In this document: piece after piece, positions 39,501 to 50,355 of the stretch
Numbering within the stretch: the stretch's first letter is position 1
Layout of the letters: the number at the start of each line of letters is the position of its first letter
Assembly: GCA_044223005.1 (NCBI GenBank)
Contig: JBGAML010000015.1
Span: 1 to 64,000 of the forward strand
Source: Candidatus Eiseniibacteriota bacterium
Lineage (GTDB): Bacteria > Eisenbacteria > RBG-16-71-46
Direction of reading: 5' to 3'
DNA: 64,000 nt
The notes under the pieces: model-generated
Seen by the model: the letters and a program-made list of their open reading frames with translations, nothing else
Database searches by the model: none
Told to the model about the DNA's origin: nothing
Made by a program: the position numbers and the translations under genes

Positions 39501-40201
39501 GTGGCGGCCGGCGCCCCGAGGTCTGCGCGGACGCCGGCGCGCTCGCGCTCGCGGCGGCGACCGCGGTGGCGGAGCACGCGTGCCGGGCGCTCGCGGCGCG
39601 CGGCGCGTTCCGCTTCGCCGTGCCCGGTGGGCGCTCGCCGCGCGGGATGCTCGCGGCGCTCGCCTCGCCGCCACACCGCGACGCGATCGACTGGGCGCGC
39701 GTCACGGTGCTGCTTGCGGACGAGCGCGCGCTGCCGCCCGGGGACGCGGAGCGCAACGACCGGCTCGTCGACGAGGCGCTGCTCGCGCCGCTCGGCGAGC
39801 GCGCGCCCCGGCTCGAGCGCATGGCGGCGGAAATGCCGGACCTCGACGCGGCGGCGCGCGACTACGAGCGGCACCTCGAGGGTCCGCTCGACCTGCTCGT
39901 GCTCGGGATCGGCGAGGACGGCCACGTCGCCTCGCTCTTCCCGGGATCGCCGCTGCTCGGCGAGCGCGAGCGCCGCGTCGCCGCCGTGACCGCGAGCCCG
40001 AAGCCGCCGGCGCGCCGGCTCACGCTGACGCCGCGTGCGATCGCCGAGGCGCGGGCCGTGCTCGTGCTGGCGAGCGGCGCGGGCAAGGCGGCCGCGCTGG
40101 CGGCGGCGCTCGCGCCGGGCGCCGATCCGCGCACCGTGCCCGCCGCGCTGGTGCGCGACGGGCACTGGCTCGCGGATCGCGACGCCGCGGCCGGCCGCTG
40201 A
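39497..40201 (+). CDS. pgl: 6-phosphogluconolactonase
   Basis: GGRSP, DER, LGIGEDGHVASLFP, RLTLT; GTGA overlap with zwf. Confidence 0.92.
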   Translation: MSGGRRPEVCADAGALALAAATAVAEHACRALAARGAFRFAVPGGRSPRGMLAALASPPHRDAIDWARVTVLLADERALPPGDAERNDRLVDEALLAPLGERAPRLERMAAEMPDLDAAARDYERHLEGPLDLLVLGIGEDGHVASLFPGSPLLGERERRVAAVTASPKPPARRLTLTPRAIAEARAVLVLASGAGKAAALAAALAPGADPRTVPAALVRDGHWLADRDAAAGR

Positions 40202-40294
40202 GGCCCGCGACGCGGTCCCCGAACGAGTCGAGGGCGTGACCGGCCTCCGGCCACGCCCTCGATCTCCGCTTCGGTTTCTCGTGCCGATCGCCGG

Positions 40295-40648
40295 CTACTT
40301 CTTCTTGGCCGGACGTCCGCGGCGCTTGCCGCCGCTGTTCGAGGCGAACAGCGAGTCGAGATAGCTCGAGACCTCCGCCCGGACGATGCCGGGGAGGATC
40401 TCACGCACGCGCGCCTGCACACCGGCGCGCACCTGGGCACCGAGATCGCCGCCAGCGGCAGGAGCCGAAGCGGGGCGGCGTCCACGCGGGCCCTTGAGGC
40501 CCTGCTTCTTGCGCCACGAGTAGTACGTCACCGGACGTACGCCGAACTTCTTCTGCACCTGGAGCGCGGTGAGTCCTTCCTTCTGCGCGGCATCCAGCAC
40601 CTGCTGGCGCTGGGCCTCGGAGTAGGACTTTCGTGCACGCTTCGCCAT
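40295..40648 (-). CDS. Small basic DNA-binding protein: HTH (Tnp_1-like) plus AT-hook-like motifs (117 aa)
   Basis: GAAGGAG RBS; RKSYSEAQRQQVL...FGVRPVTYYSWRKK; PRGRRP and C-terminal KRRGRPAKKK. Confidence 0.75.
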   Translation of the reverse strand: MAKRARKSYSEAQRQQVLDAAQKEGLTALQVQKKFGVRPVTYYSWRKKQGLKGPRGRRPASAPAAGGDLGAQVRAGVQARVREILPGIVRAEVSSYLDSLFASNSGGKRRGRPAKKK

Positions 40649-40756
40649 TACATCTCCTTCCAGTTGGGGGACTCGTTGTGGCCCGGGGTTCCGATCTTCA
40701 CCGCGCACCTGACGCGGGTCAATGTGAATCGGTGCTTTTCCCGAACCGCCCGCATA

Positions 40757-41713
40757 TTAGGACACGAATATGAAGTCGCGCATCTCGGTCCATCCGAGTC
40801 CCGCGGCCCAGCGCCGCCAACGTTCACGCGCGGCAGGCGATACGTAGGCCAGGACCGCCGGTGGGGCGGCCTCCGCCGCCGCGGCGTGGGACGGGCCGCG
40901 GGCGTCCACGACGCGGGCGGCGCGGTCGCCCAGCGCCTGCCGCCAGCGCGCGAGGCTCTCGCCGGTGCCGACCAGCGTGACCCGGCGGCCGCCGGCGAGA
41001 AACGTGCGGTCGAGCGCCTCGACCTTGAGCCGGACGAACGCGTCACGTTCATAGCGTGGATCGATCCGGGTCGAGCTGCCGGGATGCTGCCGCCAGCCGT
41101 AGAGCGCCTGCGGCAGCTTGGCGAACTGCACGCCGCGCTCGAACAGCCGCACCCAGAGGTCCAGGTCCTCCGCCCAGCCGCGCTCGTGCCAGCCGCCGGC
41201 GTTCTCGAGCGTGGTCCGGCGCAGCATCGCGCAACCGTGGGCGAGCGGGCTGTCGATCAGGACCTCGCGCGCCATGGCGTCGTGATCGAGCAGCGCGTTG
41301 TGCCACGCGGCCCAGCGCCGCATGCCGGCGCCATACGCGTGCGCCGGGAACAGGCGTACGCGCGAGCCCACGACACCGACGTGCGGGTGCCCGTCGAGGT
41401 GGGCGCCCTGCCGTGCGAAACGCTCGCGGTGCGAGACGTCGTCGGCGTCGTGCCGCGCGATCCGGTCGCCCCGGGCGAGGGCCAGCGCCGTGTTGAGCGC
41501 CGCGGGCAGGCCGCGCGGGGGCGTGTGGACGACGCGCAGCCGTGGTTCGTGCCGCGCGTGCGCGTCCAGCCATTCGCCGGAGCCATCGTCCGAGCCGTCG
41601 TCGACGGCGATCACTTCGAGCTCCCGGTGCGTTTGCCGCCACAGCGATGCCAGCGAGGCCGGCAGCCACGGCCCGGCGTTGCGGACGGGGAGGAGCACGG
41701 AGACGAGTCGCAT
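40757..41713 (-). CDS. Glycosyltransferase family 2
   Basis: VSVLLPVRN, VDDGSDD, ARHDADD, EDLDLW. Confidence 0.9.
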   Translation of the reverse strand: MRLVSVLLPVRNAGPWLPASLASLWRQTHRELEVIAVDDGSDDGSGEWLDAHARHEPRLRVVHTPPRGLPAALNTALALARGDRIARHDADDVSHRERFARQGAHLDGHPHVGVVGSRVRLFPAHAYGAGMRRWAAWHNALLDHDAMAREVLIDSPLAHGCAMLRRTTLENAGGWHERGWAEDLDLWVRLFERGVQFAKLPQALYGWRQHPGSSTRIDPRYERDAFVRLKVEALDRTFLAGGRRVTLVGTGESLARWRQALGDRAARVVDARGPSHAAAAEAAPPAVLAYVSPAARERWRRWAAGLGWTEMRDFIFVS

Positions 41714-41780
41714 GTGCGCACGGTACCCGCGCCGCTCCCTCACCGCCACGCGCCGGACGGGCCGGTGCTAAGCTGCGGAC

Positions 41781-43115
41781 ATGGCGGGACGGAAGCTCCT
41801 CGTGTTGGGCGGAGGCTTCGGCGGCCTCGACGTCGTGCGCGCGATCGGACGGTCGCGCGTCGCGCGTGGTTACTGGGACACGCTCCTGGTCGACAAGGAG
41901 AACTTCTTCCAGTTCAACCCGCTGTTGCCCGCGGTCGCCGTGGGCGCCGTCGAGACGCGCCACATCGTCTGGCCGCTGCGCTCGATGGCCCGGCACCGGC
42001 ACGTGCGCTTCCACAAGAACAAGGTCATGCGCATCGACCTCGACCGGCGCACGGTCTCTCTGCACAACGGGCTCGAGGAGCGGTGGGACACCCTCGTCGT
42101 CGCGCTCGGGAGCGTGACGCACCATTTCGGCGTTCCCGGCGCGGCCGAGCACACCTATCCGTTCAAGACGATCGTCGACGCCATGACGCTGCGTGCGCGC
42201 GTCGTCGAACTCTTCGAGATGGCGGAGCAGGCGCAGGACGACGCGCAGAAGCGCCGGCTGCTCTCGTTCGTGGTGATCGGCGGCGGCGTCACGGGCTCCG
42301 AGGTCGCCGCGGAACTGATCGAGATGGCGCGCGAGACGCTGCTGCCGCGCTATCCCGCGCTGTCGGCGTCGCATCTCTCCGTCACGGTGCTGGAGGGCGC
42401 CGACCGCCTCGTGCCCGCGGCCCGTCCCGCGCACTCCGAGTACGTGCGCCGGCACCTCGAGCACCGGGGCGTGCGCGTCGAGCTCTCGGCGCGCGTCGTG
42501 CGCGTCGAGCCGCGGCGCGTGACGCTCGCCGACGGGCGGACGTTCGAGGCGTTCACGCTGCTCTGGACCGCGGGCGTGCGGCCGCCGGATCTCGTTCGGG
42601 AGCTGCCGCTCGCGCACGTGCCGGACGGGCGCGTGAAGGTGAACGAGTTCCTGCACCCGGTCGATCCCGAGGGCCGGCCGCGTGAGGACGTGTTCGTGAT
42701 CGGGGACTGCGCCGCCTCCGAGCGCCCCGACGGCCGGCTGCAGCCGCAGTTGTCGCAGACCGCCATCGCCATGGGCGCCCACGTGGGCAACGCGCTCGTG
42801 CGCCGCGCGCGCGGGCTCGCGCCGCGGCCGTTCCGGTTCCGCGACGCCGGCTACATCATCTCGCTCGGCAAGCACAGCTCGGTGCTCGAGCTGTTCGGCG
42901 TGCCGCTCTCGGGCCGGCTCGCGTGGCTCGCGTGGGCGGCCGCCTACCTCGTCAAGATGGTGGGGCTCCGCAAGCAGATCGAAGTCGGCCTCGATCACTT
43001 GACGCACCTCGTGTTCGAGCACGACACGTCGCAGATCCTCGCCCGCCGCGCCGTGCTCACGGACGACGAGCTGGATCTCTCGCTGCGCGGCGACGGCGAC
43101 GGCTCGCGCCACTAG
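41781..43115 (+). CDS. ndh: Type II NADH dehydrogenase-like FAD oxidoreductase
   Basis: GGGFGG, FNPLL, GGGVTGSEVAAE, WTAGV, IGD. Confidence 0.82.
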   Translation: MAGRKLLVLGGGFGGLDVVRAIGRSRVARGYWDTLLVDKENFFQFNPLLPAVAVGAVETRHIVWPLRSMARHRHVRFHKNKVMRIDLDRRTVSLHNGLEERWDTLVVALGSVTHHFGVPGAAEHTYPFKTIVDAMTLRARVVELFEMAEQAQDDAQKRRLLSFVVIGGGVTGSEVAAELIEMARETLLPRYPALSASHLSVTVLEGADRLVPAARPAHSEYVRRHLEHRGVRVELSARVVRVEPRRVTLADGRTFEAFTLLWTAGVRPPDLVRELPLAHVPDGRVKVNEFLHPVDPEGRPREDVFVIGDCAASERPDGRLQPQLSQTAIAMGAHVGNALVRRARGLAPRPFRFRDAGYIISLGKHSSVLELFGVPLSGRLAWLAWAAAYLVKMVGLRKQIEVGLDHLTHLVFEHDTSQILARRAVLTDDELDLSLRGDGDGSRH

Positions 43116-43237
43116 AAAACCCCGCCGCCGCGTCGCTTGCGGCCCGCCCCGGAGCGGCGCTCATGGGCCGGAGGCCGCGGGCCGAAAACCCCGTGGCGGC
43201 CCCGGATGCGGCCGCGACCGACTTCGACGGGGGGGCG

Positions 43238-44668
43238 ATGGATTCGTACGACCTGGTGGTGATGGGCAGCGGCCCGGGCGGGCAGCGCTGCGCGGTGCAG
43301 GCGGCCAAGCTGGGCAAGAAGGTGGCGCTCGTCGAGCGCCGGCGCGACGTCGGCGGCGTCTGCATCAACACCGGCACCATCCCCAGCAAGACGCTCCGCG
43401 AAGCGGTGCTCGACCTCTCCGGCCTTCGCCAGCGCCGTCTCTACGGCGAGGAGTTCGCGCCCCGTCGGCGTCCCACCGCGAAGGACCTGCTCGCCCGCGC
43501 GCAGGAGGTCATGCTCGCCGAGCGCGACGTGATCCGCGACCAGCTGACCCGCAACGGCATCACGCTGCTGGGCGGCGACGCCTCGTTCGCGGCACCGCAC
43601 ACCGTGCGGATCCAGGACGGCGGTGACGCGCAGACCGTGCAGGCGGCCAACGTGGCGATCGCGGTCGGCACCGTGCCGGGCCTGCCGGCGGGCATCCAGG
43701 TGGACCACCGAGTCGTGCTCACGAGCGACGACCTGCTCGAGATGACGGTGCTGCCCCGGCAGACCATGGTCGTCGGCGCGGGCATCATCGGCCTCGAGTA
43801 CGGCTGCATGCTCGCGGCACTCGGCGTGAAGGTGACGCTCGTGGACCAGCGCACGCAGATCCTCGAGATGGTCGACCGCGAGATCGTCGACGCGTTCTCG
43901 TTCCACGCGCGCGAGATGGGCCTCACGTTCCGGCTCGGCGAGCAGGTCGCCGGCATCGAGATCGCGGCCAACGGTGCGGCCGTCGTCACCATGCGCAGCG
44001 GCAAGCGCGTCGTGGCGGAAACCGTGCTCGTCTCGGCCGGCCGGCAGGGCGCCACGGAAGGGCTCGCGCTCGAGAAGGCGGGGCTGAGCGCGGACGCGCG
44101 TGGCCGCATCGCGGTGAACGAGCACTACCAGACCGCGATGCCGCACATCTACGCGGTGGGCGACGTCGTGGGCTTCCCGGCGCTCGCGTCGACCAGCGCG
44201 GAGCAGGGCCGCCATGCAGCGTGCCACATGTTCGGCGTGGAGACGCGGAACCTGCCCGGGCTGTATCCCTACGGCATCTACGCGATCCCCGAGATCAGCT
44301 GGGTCGGCGCGACCGAGGCCGAGCTGACCGAGAAGGGTATCCCGTTCGAGACCGGCGTGGCGCGCTACAAGGAGATCGCGCGCGGCCACATCCTCGGCGA
44401 TCGCGACGGCATGCTGAAGATCCTCTTCGATCTCGACTCGCGCCACATCCTGGGCGTGTGGTGCATGGGCACGCAGGCGACCGAACTCGTGCACATCGGG
44501 CAGTCGGTGATGACGCTGGAGGGGACGCTGGACTACTTCGTGAACAACGTCTTCAACTACCCGACGCTCGCGGAGTGCTACAAGGTCGCGGCGCTGGACG
44601 GCTTCAACAAGCTCCGCGCGCTGGGCGCCGCGGTGCTCGATTCGGATCCCGAGCGCCGCGCCGCCTGA
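43238..44668 (+). CDS. sthA: Soluble pyridine nucleotide transhydrogenase
   Basis: GSGPGG, GGVCINTGTIPSKTLRE (CxxxxT), FNYPTLAECYKVAALD. Confidence 0.93.
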   Translation: MDSYDLVVMGSGPGGQRCAVQAAKLGKKVALVERRRDVGGVCINTGTIPSKTLREAVLDLSGLRQRRLYGEEFAPRRRPTAKDLLARAQEVMLAERDVIRDQLTRNGITLLGGDASFAAPHTVRIQDGGDAQTVQAANVAIAVGTVPGLPAGIQVDHRVVLTSDDLLEMTVLPRQTMVVGAGIIGLEYGCMLAALGVKVTLVDQRTQILEMVDREIVDAFSFHAREMGLTFRLGEQVAGIEIAANGAAVVTMRSGKRVVAETVLVSAGRQGATEGLALEKAGLSADARGRIAVNEHYQTAMPHIYAVGDVVGFPALASTSAEQGRHAACHMFGVETRNLPGLYPYGIYAIPEISWVGATEAELTEKGIPFETGVARYKEIARGHILGDRDGMLKILFDLDSRHILGVWCMGTQATELVHIGQSVMTLEGTLDYFVNNVFNYPTLAECYKVAALDGFNKLRALGAAVLDSDPERRAA

Positions 44669-44771
44669 CGGCGGCCGGCGCCGTTCGCCCCGCCGCGTGA
44701 CCGTTCCTTGTCCTCGCCGCGCGCCGCGCGGCGCGCCACCCGCCCGGGCGTTCGCGCCCGAGGAGCCGGTC

Positions 44772-46172
44772 ATGCCCGATTTCCGCATCGAGAAAGACAG
44801 CCTCGGTGAAATGAAGGTGCCCGCGTCCGCGATGTACGGACCGCAGACGCAGCGCGCCGTCGAGAACTTCCCCGTCTCCGGCCAGCCCATGCCGCCGGCA
44901 TTCGTGCACACGCTCGGCCTCGTGAAGGCGGCCGCCGCGCGCGTGAACGCCGAACTGGGCACGGTCGACCGCGAGATCGCGAAGGCGATCGAGCAGGCCG
45001 CGAACGAGGTCGCCGAAGGGAAGTGGGACGCGCAGTTCCCGATCGACGTATTCCAGACGGGCAGCGGCACGAGCTCGAACATGAACGCCAACGAGGTGAT
45101 CGCGCACCGCGCGAGCGAGATCCTCGGCCGCAAGGTGCACCCCAACGACCACGTCAACTTCGGCCAGAGCAGCAACGACGTGATCCCGACCGTGCTGCAC
45201 GTGGCGGCCGTGGTCGAGATCGAGCGTGACCTGCTGCCGGCGCTGGCGCAGCTCTGGAAGGTGCTCGACGCCAAGGCGACCGAGTTCCACGCGGTGATGA
45301 AGTCGGGACGCACGCACCTCATGGACGCGACGCCGATCCGGCTCGGCCAGGAGTTCGGCGGCTACGCCTCGCAGTTGCAGCACGGCATCGCGCGCGTGAA
45401 GGCGACGCTGCCCGACCTGCGCGAACTGGCGATCGGCGGGACCGCCGTGGGCACCGGTCTCAACACGCACCCCGAGTTCGGCCGCCGCATGGCCGCCGAG
45501 ATCGGCAAGCTCGCCGGCACCGCGTTCTCGGAGGCATCGAACCACTTCGAGGCGCAGGGCGCCCAGGACGGCGCGTGCTGGGCGAGCGGCGCGCTCAACT
45601 CCGTCGCGGCGAGCCTGATGAAGATCGCCAACGACGTTCGGCTCATGGGTAGCGGCCCGCGCTGCGGGCTCGGCGAGGTCACGCTGCCGGCGATCCAGCC
45701 GGGCTCGAGCATCATGCCCGGCAAGGTGAACCCCGTGATCTGCGAATCCGTGATGCAGGTGGGCGCGCAGGTGATGGGCAACCACGTCGCGGTGACGCTC
45801 GGCGCGCAGTGGGGACAGCTCGACCTGAACACCATGCTGCCGGTGATCGCGCGCAACCTGCTCGAGAGCGTGCGGCTGCTCGCGGCGGTGTCACGCGTGT
45901 TCGCGGACAAGGCGCTCTCCGGGCTCGTCGCCAACGTCGACACGTGCCGCGACTACATCGAGATCTCGCCCAGCATGGCGACGGCGCTCAACCCGCTGAT
46001 CGGCTACGACAAGGCCGCCGAGATCGCGAAGCGCTCGTTCAAGGATCGCAAGCCGGTGCGCGAGCTCGCCCGCGAGATGACGCAGCTCTCGCCGGCCGAG
46101 ATCGACGCGGCGCTCGATCCGGCACGCCAGACGCAGCCCGGTCTCGAACTGGGCGGCGGCGCCGGAGGCTGA
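44772..46172 (+). CDS. fumC: Class II fumarate hydratase
   Basis: QTGSGTSSNMN, GRTHLMDA, GSSIMPGKVNP; AGGAG RBS. Confidence 0.93.
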   Translation: MPDFRIEKDSLGEMKVPASAMYGPQTQRAVENFPVSGQPMPPAFVHTLGLVKAAAARVNAELGTVDREIAKAIEQAANEVAEGKWDAQFPIDVFQTGSGTSSNMNANEVIAHRASEILGRKVHPNDHVNFGQSSNDVIPTVLHVAAVVEIERDLLPALAQLWKVLDAKATEFHAVMKSGRTHLMDATPIRLGQEFGGYASQLQHGIARVKATLPDLRELAIGGTAVGTGLNTHPEFGRRMAAEIGKLAGTAFSEASNHFEAQGAQDGACWASGALNSVAASLMKIANDVRLMGSGPRCGLGEVTLPAIQPGSSIMPGKVNPVICESVMQVGAQVMGNHVAVTLGAQWGQLDLNTMLPVIARNLLESVRLLAAVSRVFADKALSGLVANVDTCRDYIEISPSMATALNPLIGYDKAAEIAKRSFKDRKPVRELAREMTQLSPAEIDAALDPARQTQPGLELGGGAGG

Positions 46173-46177
46173 TCGCC

Positions 46178-47170
46178 GTGAGCGGGACCGCGGGCGAGAC
46201 GCCCGTGCCCTCGCACGAGGAGCTGGCCGCGCGCTTCGCCGAAGCGCGCGGCCGTGTCGCGGCCGCCGCGCACCGCACGCCGGTCGCCACGTCGCGCACA
46301 CTGGACGCCCGCCTCGGCGCGCCCGCGGGGCTCAAGTGCGAGAACCTCCAGCGCATGGGCGCGTTCAAGTTCCGCGGCGCATGGAACTTCCTCGCGCAGC
46401 GCCCGCGGGCCGAGATCGCGAACGGCGTGGTCGCGTATTCCTCGGGCAATCACGCGCAGGCCGTGGCGCTCGTGGCGCGTGAACTGGGCGTGCCGGCCGT
46501 GATCGTGATGCCGAGCACCGCGCCCGCCCCCAAGCTCGCGGCGACGCGCGGCTACGGCGCCGAGATCGTCCACTACGACGTGCTCGGCGAGCCGCGCGAA
46601 GCGGTCGCGGCGCGCCTCGCGCGCGAGCGCGGCCTCGTGCTCGTGCCGCCGTTCGATCATCCCGACATCCTGCTGGGGCAGGGGACCGCGACGGCGGAGC
46701 TGATCGAGGACTGGGGCGCGCCCGAGATCCTGCTCGTACCACTCGGCGGCGGCGGCCTGCTCTCCGGATCGGCGCTCGCGGCGAACCTGCTCGCGCCCGG
46801 CTGCCGCGTGATCGGCGTCGAGCCGGAGGCGGGTGACGACGGCGCGCGCTCGTTCCGGAGCGGACGCCTGGAGCGCGTGGAGCATCCGGACACGATCGCC
46901 GACGGCGCGCGAACGCCGTCGCTGAGCGCGCTCACGCTCGAACTGGTCCGTCGCTACGCGCACGACGTGGTCACCGTCCCCGACGAGCAGCTCCTGGAGG
47001 CGATGCGGTTCCTCTGGGAGCGGATGAAGCTCGTGGTCGAGCCGACCGGCGCTCTCGGGCTGGCGGCCGCGCTCGCGGGTCGCGTGGACGTGCGGGGGCG
47101 GAAGACCGCCGTGATCCTCTCCGGCGGAAACGTCGATTTCGCGGCGATTTCGCCCCGTCTCTTCGCCTGA
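46178..47170 (+). CDS. PLP-dependent serine/threonine dehydratase family (3-hydroxyaspartate ammonia-lyase-like)
   Basis: KCENLQRMGAFKFRGA, SSGNHAQ, GGGGL, EPTGA, SGGN. Confidence 0.88.
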   Translation: MSGTAGETPVPSHEELAARFAEARGRVAAAAHRTPVATSRTLDARLGAPAGLKCENLQRMGAFKFRGAWNFLAQRPRAEIANGVVAYSSGNHAQAVALVARELGVPAVIVMPSTAPAPKLAATRGYGAEIVHYDVLGEPREAVAARLARERGLVLVPPFDHPDILLGQGTATAELIEDWGAPEILLVPLGGGGLLSGSALAANLLAPGCRVIGVEPEAGDDGARSFRSGRLERVEHPDTIADGARTPSLSALTLELVRRYAHDVVTVPDEQLLEAMRFLWERMKLVVEPTGALGLAAALAGRVDVRGRKTAVILSGGNVDFAAISPRLFA

Positions 47171-47202
47171 CCCGCGAACGCGCCCTCGCGCGTGCCCCCG
47201 TC

Positions 47203-47229
47203 TCATGGATGCGGCGTTTCCGCCGATAC
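47203..47229 (+). promoter_or_regulatory. Putative sigma28 (FliA)-type promoter
   Basis: TCAT-N15-GCCGATAC upstream of hybrid kinase. Confidence 0.5.
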
Positions 47230-47312
47230 TTCGGGGCTGAACGAACCGAGGCGCGGACAAGGCCCCCTGCGCGCCCCGGCTCCCACCTATTCCGGGAACG
47301 GATTCGACGCCG

Positions 47313-50300
47313 ATGCTGCAGGCGCTGGGACTCGGTCGCGTGCGGGACGCCGCGCATCCCCTGACGGGGAGGCCCGCATTCCGTCGTACGCGCGCGGGCC
47401 ACGTCGGCTTGATGCTGGCTCTCGCCGCGCCCGGGGTCGTCGGCCTCGTCGCCGCGGTGCTCGCGGTCCACGTGTTCCGCTCGAACGCCCACGACCTGCT
47501 CGTCACCGATGTCGCTTCGCGGCTCGGCCGTGAGGCCCGCGAGCTCCAGTGGGACGGCGTCCGCGCGCAGTCCGGTTCGCCGATGAGCCCGGATCACGCC
47601 CTGATCGACGTCGCGGCGATCGATGCCGAGTTCGCCCGCCTGCCCGACGCCATCGCGCGGGGAGCGACGCCGGTCGGCGACGTGAACTCGAAGGTCGTGC
47701 AGGCCGAATGGGAGCGCTGGCGAGCCTGGTCGGCGTTGCGGCCCGAACTGGTCCGAATCGGTGCCGGGGGGCGGCTCGACGAGGAAGGGATCACGCGATT
47801 CGCGGCCCTCGCCTCGGCGTTCGAGCACAGCGCGGCGGGTGCCGCGGAGGTGGAGAGCGCCCAACTCGCGATGCAGATCGGCGTCCACACGCGCTGGCTC
47901 GTGTGGATGCTCGTGATCCAGGTCGCGGGCTTGCTGCTCGCCGCGGGTCTCAAGCTGCTCGACCAGCGCCGCCTGGCGGCCGCGGAACTCGTCCTGCGCC
48001 GGCTCTCGGCGATCAACGAACACACGCGCGCGAGTGTGGCGCTCTGTGCGCCCGACGGCCGGATCGACTGGGCCAACGCCGCGTTCGTCCAGAGCGCCGG
48101 CCTGGCGCACGGCGAGGTCATCGGACGCAAGCTCGACGAGGTCCTCGCGCCCAAGGAGCGCGATGGCGAGGCGATGCGGATCCTGCGGCGCGCGTGGCTC
48201 TCGCGCAGCGGCGCCTCGGGAGAAATGGAACTCGCGCGCTCGGACGGCTCGTCGCTCTGGGTGGCGGCCGAACTCGTGCCGATGGCGAACGACGAGGGCT
48301 CGATCGAGCGATTCGCTGTCATCTTCACCGACGTGACGCCGCGCGTCACGGCCGCGCAGGCGCTCGAGACGAGCGAGGCGCGCTTCCGTGGCGCACTCGG
48401 CGCGATGACCGAGGGCCTCCTCATTCTCGACGCCGACGATCGGATCGTCGGGGCGAACACCGCCGCCGAGTCGATTCTCGGGGTCCCGCCGGGCAGCCTG
48501 CTCGGCCAGCAGGCCGATCCCTCTCGCAGCCCCCTGGTGCGGCCGGACGGTACTCGCCTGCCTCCCGAGGAGACTCCCTACTTCGTCACGCGGCGCACCG
48601 GCCGTTCGCTGCGCGGCATCGTGCTCGGTCACACGCGTCCCGATGGCGAACTGCGCTGGATCGAGTTCACGACCGCGCTGGTCCGGCTCCCGGGGGACGA
48701 TCGGCCGGGCATGGTTTCGACGTTCGTGGACGTGACGGAGAAGCGCCAGGCCGATGCCGAGATCCAGCGGCTCACCCGAGTGGTGGAACAGAGCCCGGTA
48801 CTGGTGATGATCACGGACCGCGAGCACCGCATCGAATACGTGAACCGCGCGTTCGAGAATCGGACCGGCTGGTCGCTCGACGAGGTTCGCGGCCGCACAT
48901 CCGCGTTCATGCTGTCGTCGCGCACCGATCCGGCGGCCTTCGCGAACGTGCTCGAGGAACTCGCCCGCCAGGGCGAATGGTGCAGTGAGATCTGGAACGT
49001 CGCGCGCGATGGCTCCGAATGGCTCGCGCTCTCGCATGCGTACCCGCTGCGCGGCGAGGACGGTCGCGACAGCTACGTCGCGCTGCTGGAGGACATCACC
49101 GAGCAGCGCCGCCGCGAGGACGAACTCGCGCGGGCGCGCGAGGAAGCCGTTGCGGCGTCGAAGGCGAAGAGCGAATTCCTCCAGAACATGAGCCACGAGC
49201 TGCACACTCCGCTCAACGGCATCCTGGGCATGGCTGAACTGCTGCTCGAGACCCCGCTCGACGACTGTCAGCGGGCCGACCTCATGCAGGTGTGCCGCTC
49301 GGCGCGCGACCTGCACACGCTGATCAACCACCTGTTCGACTTCGCCCGTCTCGAGGACGGCGCCACCGCTGCGCAGTCCGTCCCGTTCCGCCTCGGCGAT
49401 TGCCTCGAGAGCGTCACCCGGCGTTTCGCCGCGGACGCGGCAGAACGGGGCCTCGCCTGCGACGTCGAGATCGATCCCCGGCTTCCGGATGGCCTGCGCG
49501 GAGACCCGGCCGCGCTCGTGCGCGTCCTGCGCCTGCTCGCGGACAACGCGATCAAGTTCACCGAGACGGGCGGCGTGCGCATGCGCGTCCTCGCCGAACC
49601 GGGCCCCGGTGGCGACCCGCACGTGCGCTTCGAAGTGCACGACACCGGCATCGGGATCCCGCCGGAGCGGCAGAAGGCGATCTTCGAGGCGTTCTGGCAG
49701 GCCGACGGCTCGAGCACGCGCCGCTACGGCGGCGTGGGCCTGGGGCTCGCGCTCGCGTCCAAGCTCGTGCGACTCATGGGGGGACGGCTCTCCGTCGCGA
49801 GCGAGCCCGGCCGGGGCAGCGTGTTCTCGTTCTCGGTGCCCCTGCACGACGCGGGCGAGATGGATGCGCGGCCGGAACTCCGTCCCGAGTCGCCGGGGGC
49901 CGCGAGCGCGAACGGCGGACCGTGTCGCGCGCTGGTCGTCGACGACAACGCCGTCAATCGCCGCGTCGCGTCACGACTGCTCGGACGGGTGGCGTTCGAG
50001 GTGACGACCGCCAACGATGGGCTGGAGGCCGTACAACGCTACTGCGACGGCGACTGGGACATCGTGCTCATGGACGTCCAGATGCCGCAGCTCGATGGGA
50101 TCGAGGCGACGCGGCGCATCCGGGCATTCGAGCGCGAAGCATGCGTTCGGCGCGTGCCGATCCTCGCCGTCACCGCGAACACGCTGCAGGCGGACCTGCC
50201 CGCGCTGCGCGAAGCCGGCATGGACGATCTGGTGCCCAAGCCGGTCGCGCCCGAGCAGCTCTACGCCGCGATGACGCGCCTGCTCGGACGGCCGATCGTG

Positions 50301-50339
50301 CCGGCGGACGGATCCGCCGCCGAATCGCGCGCCGCCTGA
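47313..50339 (+). CDS. Hybrid sensor histidine kinase (2 TM, 3 PAS, HisKA, HATPase, REC)
   Basis: [37 protein letters not shown]; start uncertain. Confidence 0.9.
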   Translation: MLQALGLGRVRDAAHPLTGRPAFRRTRAGHVGLMLALAAPGVVGLVAAVLAVHVFRSNAHDLLVTDVASRLGREARELQWDGVRAQSGSPMSPDHALIDVAAIDAEFARLPDAIARGATPVGDVNSKVVQAEWERWRAWSALRPELVRIGAGGRLDEEGITRFAALASAFEHSAAGAAEVESAQLAMQIGVHTRWLVWMLVIQVAGLLLAAGLKLLDQRRLAAAELVLRRLSAINEHTRASVALCAPDGRIDWANAAFVQSAGLAHGEVIGRKLDEVLAPKERDGEAMRILRRAWLSRSGASGEMELARSDGSSLWVAAELVPMANDEGSIERFAVIFTDVTPRVTAAQALETSEARFRGALGAMTEGLLILDADDRIVGANTAAESILGVPPGSLLGQQADPSRSPLVRPDGTRLPPEETPYFVTRRTGRSLRGIVLGHTRPDGELRWIEFTTALVRLPGDDRPGMVSTFVDVTEKRQADAEIQRLTRVVEQSPVLVMITDREHRIEYVNRAFENRTGWSLDEVRGRTSAFMLSSRTDPAAFANVLEELARQGEWCSEIWNVARDGSEWLALSHAYPLRGEDGRDSYVALLEDITEQRRREDELARAREEAVAASKAKSEFLQNMSHELHTPLNGILGMAELLLETPLDDCQRADLMQVCRSARDLHTLINHLFDFARLEDGATAAQSVPFRLGDCLESVTRRFAADAAERGLACDVEIDPRLPDGLRGDPAALVRVLRLLADNAIKFTETGGVRMRVLAEPGPGGDPHVRFEVHDTGIGIPPERQKAIFEAFWQADGSSTRRYGGVGLGLALASKLVRLMGGRLSVASEPGRGSVFSFSVPLHDAGEMDARPELRPESPGAASANGGPCRALVVDDNAVNRRVASRLLGRVAFEVTTANDGLEAVQRYCDGDWDIVLMDVQMPQLDGIEATRRIRAFEREACVRRVPILAVTANTLQADLPALREAGMDDLVPKPVAPEQLYAAMTRLLGRPIVPADGSAAESRAA

Positions 50340-50355
50340 CGCGAGCGCGGGCCGC

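Noticed and set aside
40295..40648. IS3-family insertion sequence
   Set aside because: No DDE transposase, frameshift partner ORF or inverted repeats seen
46971..49847. 958-aa minus-strand ORF
   Set aside because: Antisense shadow of the hybrid kinase
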